The position numbers and the translations under genes were made by a program. From an uncultured Pelagibacteraceae bacterium (GTDB lineage: Bacteria > Pseudomonadota > Alphaproteobacteria > Pelagibacterales > Pelagibacteraceae): a DNA stretch of 64,000 nucleotides. Positions 1 through 10,809 of this stretch are shown here, piece by piece. Positions within the stretch are counted from its first letter, which is position 1. Each line of letters opens with the position of its first letter. The stretch is from positions 18,713-82,712 of the forward strand of contig CACPPK010000002.1 in assembly GCA_902635845.1 (NCBI GenBank), read 5' to 3'. The notes under the pieces were generated by a model. That model was not told the origin of the DNA. It saw only the letters and a program-made list of their open reading frames with translations, and did not search any database.

Positions 1-1
1 T

Positions 2-697
2 AAGATAAAAAATTTAGAAACTTTAAATGATATTTATTATAGTTTTACAAAGAAAATATTTACTGGATTAAAATTTTTCTTAACACGAACTGGTCCACTT
101 ACAGTTGGTGCTAGTTATTTATGTGGTTTTGTAAAAAGTGATCCACATTTAGAAACTCCTAACCTACAATTTCATGTTTCTCCTGCTAGTACAGATCTTT
201 TAGGAAAATCATCGTTACACAAATTTCCTGCTTTCACACCAACCATAACTAACGTAAGACCTACAAGCAGAGGATCTATTGAACTTAAATCTTCCGATAC
301 AAGAATTCCTCCAAAAATTAAAATGAATTATCTGTCTACAGATGAAGATAGAGAAATAGCAGGTAAGTCTCTAAAAATAGTAAGAAAAATAGTTATGGAA
401 TCAAAAGCCTATAAAGATTATGGACCAGAAGAATTAAGACCAGGTATAAATATTACTGACAATGAGCAGCTAGCTGTTGAAGCGGGAAAATATGCAAATA
501 CAATTTTCCATCCTGTCAGTACGTGCAGAATGGGTAATGATGAAAATGCAGTAGTATCTGATCAGTTAAAGGTTCATGGAGTCAAAAACTTAAGAGTGAT
601 TGATGCATCAGTAATGCCTTACATCACCTCAGGAAATACTAATGCACCTACTATTATGATTGCAGAAAAAGGTGCGGACATGATACTAAAGCAATAA
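2..697 (+). CDS. GMC (choline dehydrogenase-like) FAD oxidoreductase, 5'-truncated by window edge
   Basis: Frame is open from nt 2 (KIKNLETLN...RPTSRGSIELKS...). C-terminal GMC motifs: TIFHPVSTCRMG, LRVIDASVMP, GNTNAPTIMIAEK. Confidence 0.9.
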   Translation, partial: KIKNLETLNDIYYSFTKKIFTGLKFFLTRTGPLTVGASYLCGFVKSDPHLETPNLQFHVSPASTDLLGKSSLHKFPAFTPTITNVRPTSRGSIELKSSDTRIPPKIKMNYLSTDEDREIAGKSLKIVRKIVMESKAYKDYGPEELRPGINITDNEQLAVEAGKYANTIFHPVSTCRMGNDENAVVSDQLKVHGVKNLRVIDASVMPYITSGNTNAPTIMIAEKGADMILKQ

Positions 698-1290
698 TGT
701 TTTCAGAATTTTTTACACCAGAACAAATTGCAATATTAACTCAAATTATTCTTATTGATTTAGTTTTAGCTGGAGACAATGCAATTATAATTGGAATGGT
801 TGCATCTAAATTTCCACCTGAACAAAGAAAAAAAGTTATTTTCTGGGGAATTGGTGGTGCTGTAATTTTAAGAATCATACTAACTTTGCTTACTGCTTAT
901 CTACTGCAAATCACTGGTTTACGATTAATTGGTGGATTATTGTTGCTTTATATTGTTTACAAACTTTATGTGGATGTAATAAAAGGCTCGGAAACCGAAG
1001 AAGACCTTAAAGTAGATAGCTCTAGTTTTTTAAAGGCTATTTGGACTGTTCTATTAGCTGATTTTACAATGAGTTTAGATAACGTCCTAGGTGTGGCAGG
1101 TGCAGCTGGTGAACATTATGGACTACTTGTTTTTGGGTTAGTTTTATCAATTATTTTAATGGCAACTGCAGCAACTTTAATTTCTGGATGGATTAAAAAA
1201 TATAAATGGATAGCTTGGCTTGGATTATTAGCCATTTTAATTGTAGCAGTTGAGTTGATTTACACAGATATTAAAATATTATTCTTTTAA
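697..1290 (+). CDS. TerC/YjbE family integral membrane protein
   Basis: DLVLAGDNA and ADFTMSLDNV motifs; multiple TM helices. Confidence 0.9.
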   Translation: MFSEFFTPEQIAILTQIILIDLVLAGDNAIIIGMVASKFPPEQRKKVIFWGIGGAVILRIILTLLTAYLLQITGLRLIGGLLLLYIVYKLYVDVIKGSETEEDLKVDSSSFLKAIWTVLLADFTMSLDNVLGVAGAAGEHYGLLVFGLVLSIILMATAATLISGWIKKYKWIAWLGLLAILIVAVELIYTDIKILFF

Positions 1291-2048
1291 TGTATCTTCA
1301 AAAAATAAATCTTAAAAATAAATATGCTTTAGTTACTGGTGCAGGCAAAGGACTTGGAAGAGCATGTTCAATTGCATTAGCTGAAGCAGGTGCAACTGTT
1401 ATAGCTTTAAGCAGAACATCTTCAGATCTTAGTAAATTAGAAAAGGATATCAAAAAAGTTAAAGGTAAAATTATAAAGGTTTCATGTGATGTAATGAACT
1501 ATAAAGATTTAAAACAGAAATTAGAAAAGATTAAAATTATTGATGTGTTAGTAAATAATGCTGGAACTAACATTCCAGAACCCTTTGAAAAAATTAAACA
1601 AAAAAGCATGAATTATCTAGTAGATTTAAATCTAAAAGCAGCATTTAACGTGGCACAAATTGTTGTAAAAAAAATGCTTAAAAATAAAAAAAGACCTGGT
1701 TCAATAATAAATATGTCATCTCAACTAGGTCACGTTGGTATGGGTGGTAGAAATGTATACAATATGACTAAATTTGGTATTGAGGGGTTAACTAAAGGGA
1801 TGGGTGTCGAATTGGCCAAAAAAAATATAAGAGTTAATACTGTAGCACCTACTTTTGTTGAAACACCAATGGTTAAAAATTTTTTTAAAAATAAAAAATT
1901 TAAAAAGTTAGCCCTTGGAAATATTCCTATGGGAAAAGCAGCTACTGAAAGTGATGTTGCTACAACAGTATGCTTTTTAGCTTCCTCAGCATCCTCAATG
2001 ATAACTGGAACATCAATAATTATAGATGGTGGATGGACAGCTCAATAA
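1290..2048 (+). CDS. Short-chain dehydrogenase/reductase (possibly HpsO-like sulfonate dehydrogenase)
   Basis: TGAGKGLG, NNAG and YNMTK motifs. SSQLGHVG...VY segment resembles HpsO-type SDRs as recalled; substrate is an inference. Confidence 0.85.
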   Translation: MYLQKINLKNKYALVTGAGKGLGRACSIALAEAGATVIALSRTSSDLSKLEKDIKKVKGKIIKVSCDVMNYKDLKQKLEKIKIIDVLVNNAGTNIPEPFEKIKQKSMNYLVDLNLKAAFNVAQIVVKKMLKNKKRPGSIINMSSQLGHVGMGGRNVYNMTKFGIEGLTKGMGVELAKKNIRVNTVAPTFVETPMVKNFFKNKKFKKLALGNIPMGKAATESDVATTVCFLASSASSMITGTSIIIDGGWTAQ

Positions 2049-2836
2049 TTTATAGATTTTTTTTTGTTTTTTTAATTTTTATATCACCAGTAAAAGCTAT
2101 TGAATTCAAAGGTAAATTTCTACAAGGTCATTTTATATTAGGTAAAACTGAGCCTAATGCTAAAATTTTGGTCGGAAAAAAAGAAGTAAAAGTTTCAAAA
2201 GATGGTTTTTTTGTCTTTGGTATAGATCGAGATCAAAAATATGACATAACATTTACAAAAATTATTAATGGAAAAAAATCATTAACTACAAAAAAAGTTT
2301 TAAAAAGAAAATATAATATACAAAGAATAGATGGTTTAGCAGAAAGCAAAGTTACCCCACCTGAGTCTGTTTATAAAAGAATTAAAAAAGAAAATAATGC
2401 AATTGGAGAAGCAAGAGCAATTAATTCTGATCTACAATTTTTTAAAGAAAAATTTATAATGCCAGTTAAAGGTATAATCAGCGGTGTTTATGGTAGTCAA
2501 AGAATTTTAAATGGTAAGCCAAGATGGCCACACTATGGAATAGATATTGCAGCTAAACAAGGAACGATGATACAATCTTCTGGTTCAGGTGTAGTTACTA
2601 TGGCAGAAGACGATTTATATTATACTGGTGGAACAGTTATAATGGATCATGGTCATGGGATATCAACGATATATTCTCATTTAGAAAATGTATTAGTCTC
2701 GGTTGGTGATCAGATAAATCAGGGTGATATAATAGGAACAGTAGGATCAACGGGAAGATCAACAGGACCACATTTAGATTTTAGAGTGAATTGGTTTCAA
2801 ACAAGACTAGATCCAATGTCTGTATTTAATAATTAA
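2033..2836 (+). CDS. M23 family metallopeptidase
   Basis: HYGID and STGPHLDF motifs. Probable start at ATG 2033 (MDSSIIYRFFF..., signal-like) rather than 1970. Confidence 0.9.
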   Translation: MDSSIIYRFFFVFLIFISPVKAIEFKGKFLQGHFILGKTEPNAKILVGKKEVKVSKDGFFVFGIDRDQKYDITFTKIINGKKSLTTKKVLKRKYNIQRIDGLAESKVTPPESVYKRIKKENNAIGEARAINSDLQFFKEKFIMPVKGIISGVYGSQRILNGKPRWPHYGIDIAAKQGTMIQSSGSGVVTMAEDDLYYTGGTVIMDHGHGISTIYSHLENVLVSVGDQINQGDIIGTVGSTGRSTGPHLDFRVNWFQTRLDPMSVFNN

Positions 2837-2847
2837 ATTTAAAACAG

Positions 2848-3708
2848 ATGAATTATAAATCAAAAGAAACACTAGGTATAATTTTTGTAATCATAGCTTA
2901 TTTTTCTTTTTCAATTCTAGATGCAATTCAAAAAAGTGCAGTATTATATTATTCTATATTTCAATTATTATTTATAAAATACATCTTTGTACTTTTATTA
3001 AGTATTCTAGAGGCTAGAAGAACCAAAAATATTACTTTTTATAGATCTAATAATTTAAAACTACAAATTATAAGAAGTTTATTATCTATTTTAGAGTCTG
3101 GTTTTTTTGTTTTATCTTTTAAGTATTTGTCCTTAGCAAATGCTCATAGTATTGGGGCATTAGCACCAATAATAATTGTGGTATTATCTGTATTTATTTT
3201 AAACGAGAAAGTTTCAATTAAAACTTGGGTAGCAATTTTTATTGGGTTTATTGGAGTGCTAATTGTTATCAGACCTGGCTCTGATGTTTTTAGTGTAAAA
3301 TCTTTTATTCCATTAATAGCTGCTTTTTTTCTGGGTCTCTATCAAATAGCTACAAAAAAAATTACAGAATATGATGCTCCTGAAGTATCTTTGTTTTATT
3401 CTTCTTTAGTTGGAATATTTATAACCTCAATAATGACGTTTTTCTTTTGGCAACCTGTCAATTTGAAGTCATTATGGTTCTTTTTACCAATTGGGATTTT
3501 TTTTTCCTTGGGTATATACTTCCAAATATTAGCTCTTAAAAATGCTAGGGCTAGTATCATCCAACCATTTCATTATACATTAATCTTTTGGGCAATAATT
3601 TTTGGATTTTTCTTTTATGAGGATATTCCAGATTTATTTACAATTTTAGGTGCGATAATAATAACAACATCGGGAATATTTGTTATTAATCAAACTTCTA
3701 AGAGATAG
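2848..3708 (+). CDS. DMT/EamA family transporter
   Basis: ~10 TM helices with two EamA-like repeats (LNEKVS...GFIGVLIVIRPG). Confidence 0.85.
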   Translation: MNYKSKETLGIIFVIIAYFSFSILDAIQKSAVLYYSIFQLLFIKYIFVLLLSILEARRTKNITFYRSNNLKLQIIRSLLSILESGFFVLSFKYLSLANAHSIGALAPIIIVVLSVFILNEKVSIKTWVAIFIGFIGVLIVIRPGSDVFSVKSFIPLIAAFFLGLYQIATKKITEYDAPEVSLFYSSLVGIFITSIMTFFFWQPVNLKSLWFFLPIGIFFSLGIYFQILALKNARASIIQPFHYTLIFWAIIFGFFFYEDIPDLFTILGAIIITTSGIFVINQTSKR

Positions 3709-3709
3709 T

Positions 3710-5014
3710 TTAAATTTCTGATCTTGCTCTTAAACGTTCATAAATCAATCTAGTTCTAACTCCTAAACTTAAAAAAGGATCAGGAGGAAGCCAAGTAGGT
3801 TTATTTCTTGATTCAATAGTTTCTATCTCATTTGTATTTTCATTAATTGCTTTGATAGCTATTTGTTCTCCAAATAAAGTACCAACTCCAATACCTGAAC
3901 CATTATAACAGCCTGCAACAAATATATTTTCATCTATTTTTTCAAAAATTTGAGAGCTGTTTCTGGTTCTTGAAACAATTCCTGACCATGAAGATTGAAT
4001 GATCTCACCTGGTAATTGTGGGAATCTTTTTTTAATGCCTATTTTTTGTTTTAATGATCTTTTATTTAATTCAGATTTAGACATTTTAAAAGGATTATAA
4101 ACTTCTGCAGTATTTCTAATTAAAATTCTTCTGTCTTTAGTCATTCTTATAGTGGCTCCCATTGGTCTAACAGGTAAAACACCCCATTCTTTAGGCTCAC
4201 CAATAGATACAAACTCTTCATCTGATAAAGATCTAGTCATACTAGCTGTTAAAGTAATAGGAAAATTATAATTTGATTTTATACCCAAAGACTTCAGAAA
4301 TCCGTTTGTAGCAAAAATAATCTTTTTAGTTTTAATTGAACCATTTTTAAATTTACAAATGACTGCATCATTTTTCTTTTTCCAATCTAATAATGAAGAA
4401 TTTTCATAAAGATTTACGTTTTCTGGTAATGTATCAATCATAGCTCTAACCAATTTACCTGGGTGTAATAGAATCCCTCCCTTTGTATGAAGAGCAATAT
4501 TGTAAAAATTGGTTCCTAATCTTTTTTTAAGTTCTTTTTTTGATAGCAAATTATGTTCAAAACCTAATTTTGATAAAGTGTCTGAAAAATTTTCTAATAT
4601 TTTTCTATCTTCTTGCTTAGATGATGCAAAATACTTTCCACATTCATTCCAATCACAATCTACCTGATATTCTTTTATAAATTTTTTAATAACATCTATT
4701 CCCAATTTATAGATATCTGCTTTTTTTTTATAATTATCTAATTCTTTATTAGAGGTAAAACCATCATTAAGTGTTGTATCCACTAAGTAGCCTGAGTTTC
4801 TTGAGCTAGCACCCTCGCCTGCTAACTGAGCATCAACTAATAATATTTTTTGATTTGGGTAAAGTTGACCTAATTTCCTTGCTGCAGATAATCCTGTATA
4901 ACCCGCTCCTACAATTAACCATTCACAATCTAAATTAGATGAAAGTGTTAAAATTTTATTTCTTGGACTTAAATCATTAACCCAACTACAGCTATTATCG
5001 TTCACAACTTCCAT
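3710..5014 (-). CDS. FAD-dependent oxidoreductase, DAO/PuuB family
   Basis: IVGAGYTG dinucleotide motif, GASSRNSG and GCYNGSG; co-oriented 39 bp downstream of xsc. Confidence 0.85.
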   Translation of the reverse strand: MEVVNDNSCSWVNDLSPRNKILTLSSNLDCEWLIVGAGYTGLSAARKLGQLYPNQKILLVDAQLAGEGASSRNSGYLVDTTLNDGFTSNKELDNYKKKADIYKLGIDVIKKFIKEYQVDCDWNECGKYFASSKQEDRKILENFSDTLSKLGFEHNLLSKKELKKRLGTNFYNIALHTKGGILLHPGKLVRAMIDTLPENVNLYENSSLLDWKKKNDAVICKFKNGSIKTKKIIFATNGFLKSLGIKSNYNFPITLTASMTRSLSDEEFVSIGEPKEWGVLPVRPMGATIRMTKDRRILIRNTAEVYNPFKMSKSELNKRSLKQKIGIKKRFPQLPGEIIQSSWSGIVSRTRNSSQIFEKIDENIFVAGCYNGSGIGVGTLFGEQIAIKAINENTNEIETIESRNKPTWLPPDPFLSLGVRTRLIYERLRARSEI

Positions 5015-5053
5015 GAAAGAAGATTACGATAAATGGATGTTATTTAAAAGATT

Positions 5054-6838
5054 TTAAGAATTTAAAGAAGGCTGCTTCTTCATATCCTCTTTTTTAATAC
5101 CAGCTACTCTTACTGGTTTTTTCATAGCATCTCTTCTAAACGGTTCCCCAAGCTCTTGGTTAAGAATTACCTCAATAAATGTTGTAATTCCTTTCTTCTG
5201 ATCTTCACAAGATTGCTTGATTGCGTTTGTGGTTTCTTCCATTGTTCTAACAGTTACACCCTTTAAACCACAAGCATCAGCAACTTTAGCATAACTTAAT
5301 TCTGGATCTAACTCTGTACCAACAAAGTTATTATCAAACCAAAGTGTTGTATTTCTTTTTTCTGCACCCCATTGATAATTTCTAAAAATGACCATCGAAA
5401 TTGCTGGCCATTCTTCTCTAGCACAAGAGCTCATCTCATTCATACTGATACCAAAAGCACCGTCACCTGCAAAACCTATTACTGGTGTGTCTGGACATCC
5501 AATTTTTGCTCCTAAGATAGATGGAAAACCATATCCACATGGACCAAATAAACCAGGTGCCAAATATTTTCTACCTTTTTCAAAAGTAGGATAAGCATTA
5601 CCAATCGCACAGTTATTTCCTATGTCACTTGATATAATTACGTCATCTGGCATACCTGCTTGAATTGCTCTCCATGCTTGTCTAGGAGACATTCTATCTG
5701 CATCTCTTTTTCTGGCTTCTTCATTCCACACTGTACCTTCATCATCTTCTTCATGATCTAGGCTTGATAATTTTTGTAACCATGCTGACTTTGTTTGATG
5801 AATTATGTCTTTTCTTTTTTGTCTATCTGTATCACCTGCAGTTGGTGAAAGTTGTGCTAGTAATTGTTGTGCTACTAGTTTTGCATCACCACAAATTCCA
5901 ACTGTAACTTTCTTTGTAAGACCAATTCGATCAGAATTCATATCCACTTGAATAATACTTGCATCTTTTGGCCAATAGTCCATTCCATAACCAGGTAATG
6001 TGGAGAATGGATTTAATCGTGTACCTAAAGCTAATACGACGTCTGCTTGTTTTATTAATTCCATTCCAGCTTTTGAACCATTGTATCCCAAAGGACCAGC
6101 GGCTAAAGGATGGCTTCCAGGAAAACTATCATTATGTTGATAACCTGAACATACAGGTGCATCTAATTTTTCTGCAAGTTTTTTACAATCTTCTATCGCG
6201 TCACCTATTACAACGCCAGCACCAGACAATATAACTGGAAATTTTGCTTTTGATAATAAGTCTGCAGCTTTTTTTATTGCATCTACTCCACCTGCTTGTC
6301 TCTCCAATCTTACAATTGGCGGAAGATCAATATCAATTACTTGTGTCCAATAATCTCTTGGAACATTTATCTGTGCAGGCGCAGATCCTCTAATGGCTTT
6401 TTCAATTACTCTATTTAGTACTTCTGCCATTCTAGATGGGTCTCTAACTTCTTCTTGATAGCAAACCATGTCTTTAAATAAATTCATTTGCTCTACTTCT
6501 TGAAATCCACCTTGCCCCATTGTTTTGTTCGCTGCTTGCGGCGTTACTAATAAAAGAGGAGTATGATTCCAATAAGCTGTTTTAATAGGTGTAACTAATC
6601 CAGTTATTCCAGGTCCGTTTTGAGCAATAACCATTGACATTTTACCAGTAGCTCTTGTGTAACCGTCAGCAATTAAACCTCCGTTTGTTTCATGAGCAAC
6701 ATCCCAGAAAGTAATACCCGCATCTGGAAAAATATCTGAAATTGGCATAAAGGCTGAACCTATAATTCCAAATGCATTTTCAATACCGTGCATCTGTAAA
6801 ACTTTTACAAAAGCTTCCTCTGTTGTCATTTTTGTCAT
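5054..6838 (-). CDS. xsc: Sulfoacetaldehyde acetyltransferase (ThDP-dependent)
   Basis: MTTEEAFVKVLQMHG start, GDGAFG...RNYQWGAEKRN ThDP motif and ELGEPFRRDAMKKP end, all characteristic of Xsc. Confidence 0.95.
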   Translation of the reverse strand: MTKMTTEEAFVKVLQMHGIENAFGIIGSAFMPISDIFPDAGITFWDVAHETNGGLIADGYTRATGKMSMVIAQNGPGITGLVTPIKTAYWNHTPLLLVTPQAANKTMGQGGFQEVEQMNLFKDMVCYQEEVRDPSRMAEVLNRVIEKAIRGSAPAQINVPRDYWTQVIDIDLPPIVRLERQAGGVDAIKKAADLLSKAKFPVILSGAGVVIGDAIEDCKKLAEKLDAPVCSGYQHNDSFPGSHPLAAGPLGYNGSKAGMELIKQADVVLALGTRLNPFSTLPGYGMDYWPKDASIIQVDMNSDRIGLTKKVTVGICGDAKLVAQQLLAQLSPTAGDTDRQKRKDIIHQTKSAWLQKLSSLDHEEDDEGTVWNEEARKRDADRMSPRQAWRAIQAGMPDDVIISSDIGNNCAIGNAYPTFEKGRKYLAPGLFGPCGYGFPSILGAKIGCPDTPVIGFAGDGAFGISMNEMSSCAREEWPAISMVIFRNYQWGAEKRNTTLWFDNNFVGTELDPELSYAKVADACGLKGVTVRTMEETTNAIKQSCEDQKKGITTFIEVILNQELGEPFRRDAMKKPVRVAGIKKEDMKKQPSLNS

Positions 6839-6950
6839 AAAACTAGAACCTCTCTAAAGTATATTTTTAAGTATTTATAAAATTCGTTTGTTAATTTTTG
6901 CGATTAATATATAAGATTTTACAAAATTCAAACAAACAAATCGACACGAT

Positions 6951-7235
6951 ATGGCAACAGATATAATAATTCACGATGAAAAAGATAACGTTGGGGTAGT
7001 TGTAATTGAGAAAATCACTCCAAAACAAGATTGCTCTTGCTGGGTAATGGAAAACGATAAAACTGTTAATATTCAATCAGCAGATGAAATTCCTTTAGGT
7101 CACAAAATAGCTATGACAGATCTTAATAAAGGTGACACAATTATTAAATATGGTCACGATATTGGAAAAGTAGTTAAATCAATCAAAAAAGGTGAACATG
7201 TACATGTTCATAATGTAAAAACGAAAAAGTGGTAA
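6951..7235 (+). CDS. suyA: Sulfolactate sulfo-lyase small subunit (SAF/UxaA N-terminal domain)
   Basis: [23 protein letters not shown] and GEHVHVHN motifs; directly precedes suyB. Confidence 0.88.
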   Translation: MATDIIIHDEKDNVGVVVIEKITPKQDCSCWVMENDKTVNIQSADEIPLGHKIAMTDLNKGDTIIKYGHDIGKVVKSIKKGEHVHVHNVKTKKW

Positions 7236-7239
7236 TTAT

Positions 7240-8406
7240 ATGGAAATCCCAAAAAGTTTTTTAGGTTATAAAAGAGAGAACGGCAGAGCCGGAACAAGAA
7301 ATCACGTAATCATTCTTCCAGTAGATGACATATCAAATGCATGTGCTGAAGCTGTCGCAAACAATATTAAAGGAACAATTGCTCTTCCTCATTCATACGG
7401 AAGACTACAATTTGGAGCAGATCTAGAATTACATTTTAAAACCATGATTGGAACTGCAAAAAACCCTAATGTAGCTGCAGCGATAATTATTGGAATTGAA
7501 CCGAAATGGACAAAAAGAATTGTAGATGAAGTTGCTAAAACTGGAAAACCAGTTGAAGGATTTAGCATTGAAGGAGCTGGAGATATTGAAACAATTATGA
7601 AAGCATCAAAAAAAGCTCAAGAATTTTCTATATGGGCATCTGAAAAACAAAGAGAAGAGTGTCCAATTAGTGATTTATGGATTTCAGTGAAATGTGGAGA
7701 ATCTGATACTACATCAGGACTTGCATCCAATCCTACTGTTGGAAATTTAATGGATAAACTTGAGCCATTAGGTGTTCATTTATGTTTTGGAGAAACTTCT
7801 GAATTAACTGGTGCCGAAACAGTCTGTGAAAAAAGAGGTAAATCTCCTGAAGCGCAAGAAAAATTTAAAAAAACATGGAATGATTATAATGACTTTATTT
7901 TAAAAGAGGCTACTGATGATTTATCTGAAAGCCAACCTACTGCTGGGAATATTGCTGGAGGTTTAACAACAATTGAGGAAAAAGCTTTTGGTAATTTTCA
8001 GAAAATTGGTTCAAGACAATTTATTGATGTTTTAACACCTGCAGAAGAGCCTGAAAAAGGGCCAGGATTATATTTTATGGATACCTCTTCTGCTGCAGCT
8101 GAATGTGTAACATTACAAGCTGCTGGCGGGTTTAATATTCATTTATTCCCAACAGGACAAGGAAATATAATTGGAAATCCTATTGAACCTGTTATTAAGT
8201 TGACTGCTAATCCATTAACAGCAGTTAATATGAGTGAACACATTGATTGTGATGTTTCAAAAATTCTCTCAAGAGAAATGAATTTATCTCAAGCTGGAGA
8301 TGAATTAATCAAAACAACTTTAAGGGTAGCTAACGGAAGATTGACTTGTGCAGAAGCTTTAGGTCACAAAGAATTTGTGATGACTAAACTCTACAGAAGT
8401 GCATAA
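7240..8406 (+). CDS. suyB: Sulfolactate sulfo-lyase large subunit (UxaA family)
   Basis: [32 protein letters not shown] and [11 protein letters not shown]; context next to xsc. Confidence 0.9.
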   Translation: MEIPKSFLGYKRENGRAGTRNHVIILPVDDISNACAEAVANNIKGTIALPHSYGRLQFGADLELHFKTMIGTAKNPNVAAAIIIGIEPKWTKRIVDEVAKTGKPVEGFSIEGAGDIETIMKASKKAQEFSIWASEKQREECPISDLWISVKCGESDTTSGLASNPTVGNLMDKLEPLGVHLCFGETSELTGAETVCEKRGKSPEAQEKFKKTWNDYNDFILKEATDDLSESQPTAGNIAGGLTTIEEKAFGNFQKIGSRQFIDVLTPAEEPEKGPGLYFMDTSSAAAECVTLQAAGGFNIHLFPTGQGNIIGNPIEPVIKLTANPLTAVNMSEHIDCDVSKILSREMNLSQAGDELIKTTLRVANGRLTCAEALGHKEFVMTKLYRSA

Positions 8407-8414
8407 AAATTTCT

Positions 8415-9500
8415 GTGGCTATTAAATTCCAGTATCTTAAATCAATTTTCCCAGGTGTTATTTTAGCTTTAATATTTTGTTTATTTTCCCAGGGTATTAA
8501 TAATGTACTAGCTATAGAGATCTTTGGGACTGAAAAAAGTCCAATTTCAACTGTACTAATTGCAATACTGCTTGGAATATTAATGGGAAACGCTTTTACT
8601 CCGAGACCAGGTATGATGATTGGTTTGGATTTTACCCAACAATACATTTTAAAATTAGGAATAATTTTTTTAGGTATTAGATTAAGTTTTGCTGATTTTA
8701 TAAAATTTGGTTCTGTTGCTATACCTCTAGTTATATTTTGTATTTTGGGGGTATTAATATTAATTAAACTTCTAATAAAAAAAGTATCTATATCATCAAA
8801 AATGTCTTATCTGATTGCTATTGGTACAAGCGTTTGTGGTGCCACAGCAATTGTTGCAACGGCTCCAGTTATCAATGCAAAAAAAACAGAGGTTGCTTAT
8901 GCTATAGCGAATATTACATTATTTGGAGTTATTGCCATGCTTGTTTACCCCTATTTTGCAGAATGGTACTTTGACAATAATTCTTTGGAAGCTGGTTTAT
9001 TTTTAGGAACCTCAATTCATGAAACTTCTCAAGTCGCTGCAGCAGGATTAATTTATGACCAACAATTTGATAATCCTGAAACTTTAGATGTAGCTACAGT
9101 AACAAAACTAATCAGAAATACTTTTCTAGTAATACTTATTCCATTATTTGCTTTCTTGTATAATAGAGGTGAATTTAAAGATCAAAAATATTCAATTTTG
9201 AGTATTTTTCCTTATTTTGTACTTGGTTTTATTGGCATGATAATTGTTAGAAATTTAGGAGATCAATTATTTTCAGTTGAAAGTAATAACTTTTATGCCT
9301 GGTCTAAATTTATTGAATATTTAAAAATTTTAACAACTGTATTTTTAACAATGGCAATGGCTGCAGTGGGAATTTCAATAAATTTAAGTGAACTTAAATC
9401 CATGGGATATAAACCATTTATAGTTGGTTTAATTGCGGCAGTTACTGTTGGGATTATTACTTTATTGTATATAGAAACTTTAAATAATTTTTTAATTTAA
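8415..9500 (+). CDS. YeiH/TauZ/SuyZ family putative sulfate/sulfite exporter
   Basis: GTSVCGATAI, GTSIHETSQV and TKLIRN motifs; GTG start downstream of suyB. Confidence 0.88.
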   Translation: MAIKFQYLKSIFPGVILALIFCLFSQGINNVLAIEIFGTEKSPISTVLIAILLGILMGNAFTPRPGMMIGLDFTQQYILKLGIIFLGIRLSFADFIKFGSVAIPLVIFCILGVLILIKLLIKKVSISSKMSYLIAIGTSVCGATAIVATAPVINAKKTEVAYAIANITLFGVIAMLVYPYFAEWYFDNNSLEAGLFLGTSIHETSQVAAAGLIYDQQFDNPETLDVATVTKLIRNTFLVILIPLFAFLYNRGEFKDQKYSILSIFPYFVLGFIGMIIVRNLGDQLFSVESNNFYAWSKFIEYLKILTTVFLTMAMAAVGISINLSELKSMGYKPFIVGLIAAVTVGIITLLYIETLNNFLI

Positions 9501-10576
9501 GATTTTACTAATAATTTTTTTCTCAAGTTTGAAATAAAACGTCTAATAAATGCTGCTCCAACACCTAAAATAATTGCAAACATAATCGTAAATAATCCAT
9601 AAAAGAAAGGCATCTCTTTTGAAAAATCAATTATAAATTGAGAAAAGAAATTTAAATCTGAACTGGTTGCATTTCCAGTTCCATTTATAATCTGATCTGC
9701 AAAAAACGTATCGTATGCAATTGCTATACCTACTATTAACAATAAAATTGCTAATAAAGCTCTTAAACCAGAACTATCAATTCTTTCTCCTAATTTTTGC
9801 CCGACTTGAACTCCTATGATAGATCCTATAACTAACATTAGAACTAATAATAAATCTATAGATCCATAATTAAATGAATGAAGAAAAGTAACAACTACAC
9901 TTACAAAAATTGTTACAAATAAAGATGTACCAGGAACTAATTTAGTAGGCATTTTAATTATATAAATCATTGCTGGAACTAAAATAAACGCACCTCCAAT
10001 TCCCATAATAGCAGCGATAAAACCAACTAATAGACCAATTATAATTGGAGTAAAAATACTCTCATATAATTTAGACTTTGGAAATCTCATTCTTAATGGA
10101 AGACCATGTATCCAATAATGAACATGTAATTTTTTTTTAACTACGACATTTCTTTTTGCTTTATCTATTTCACCCAAACTTTCAACCAACATTAAAGTTC
10201 CGATTATTGCTAATATATACATATAAGCCAGTGAGATAACTGTATCAATTTTTCCAATACCTTTAAAATATGTAAAAGTATAAATTCCTAAAGAAGTTCC
10301 AATTACTCCTCCAATCACAATCATCGAACCCATTTTATAATCTAAAGTATTTTTTAAATAATGAGTGGTAGATCCTGAAACTGATGTAGCTAAAATATTA
10401 TTTGCCTCATTTGCAACTGCATAAGCAGGGGGTATTCCCAAGAAAATTAAAAAAGGTGTCATTAAGAAACCACCACCAACACCAAATAAACCTGAAAGCA
10501 CGCCAACAATTGCACTTAACAAAAGTATTTCTATAGGATTAACAAAAACTTGAGCTATCGGTAAAAATACTTCCAT
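9497..10576 (-). CDS. TauE/SafE sulfite exporter family protein
   Basis: SGLFGVGGGFLMTP and MGIGGAFILVP repeats. Confidence 0.88.
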   Translation of the reverse strand: MEVFLPIAQVFVNPIEILLLSAIVGVLSGLFGVGGGFLMTPFLIFLGIPPAYAVANEANNILATSVSGSTTHYLKNTLDYKMGSMIVIGGVIGTSLGIYTFTYFKGIGKIDTVISLAYMYILAIIGTLMLVESLGEIDKAKRNVVVKKKLHVHYWIHGLPLRMRFPKSKLYESIFTPIIIGLLVGFIAAIMGIGGAFILVPAMIYIIKMPTKLVPGTSLFVTIFVSVVVTFLHSFNYGSIDLLLVLMLVIGSIIGVQVGQKLGERIDSSGLRALLAILLLIVGIAIAYDTFFADQIINGTGNATSSDLNFFSQFIIDFSKEMPFFYGLFTIMFAIILGVGAAFIRRFISNLRKKLLVKS

Positions 10577-10606
10577 AAAAAAATTTAAAAGTTGTTTAAA
10601 AACAAC

Positions 10607-10741
10607 TTAGTTAAAAGTAATAAAAGTTCCAACTAAAATCACTCCCCAGTAGGCCGTTAAGCTTGCAATAATTCCTGCTTTAATAAATGTAGTTTTAAAA
10701 TTTGAGAGTTTGTTAATAATTTTTACGTTAGAGAGTAACAT
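10607..10741 (-). CDS. Small (44 aa) single-TM protein, not in ORF track
   Basis: Manual translation MLLSNVKIINKLSNFKTTFIKAGIIASLTAYWGVILVGTFITFN*; fills the gap, has a hydrophobic C-terminal helix. Confidence 0.55.
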   Translation of the reverse strand: MLLSNVKIINKLSNFKTTFIKAGIIASLTAYWGVILVGTFITFN

Positions 10742-10809
10742 TAAATTCGTCAATACACCCACAACGAAATTTGTCAAACAATTATTTGGTATTAAGCAAT
10801 TTTTTTTAT

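Noticed and set aside
5388-6234. Short plus-strand ORFs inside xsc (and similar antisense ORFs within aprA, pab, amtB, ybbP, the ABC/TTT genes and the ALDH)
   Set aside because: Shadow ORFs fully overlapping well-supported genes on the opposite strand; no motifs or RBS.
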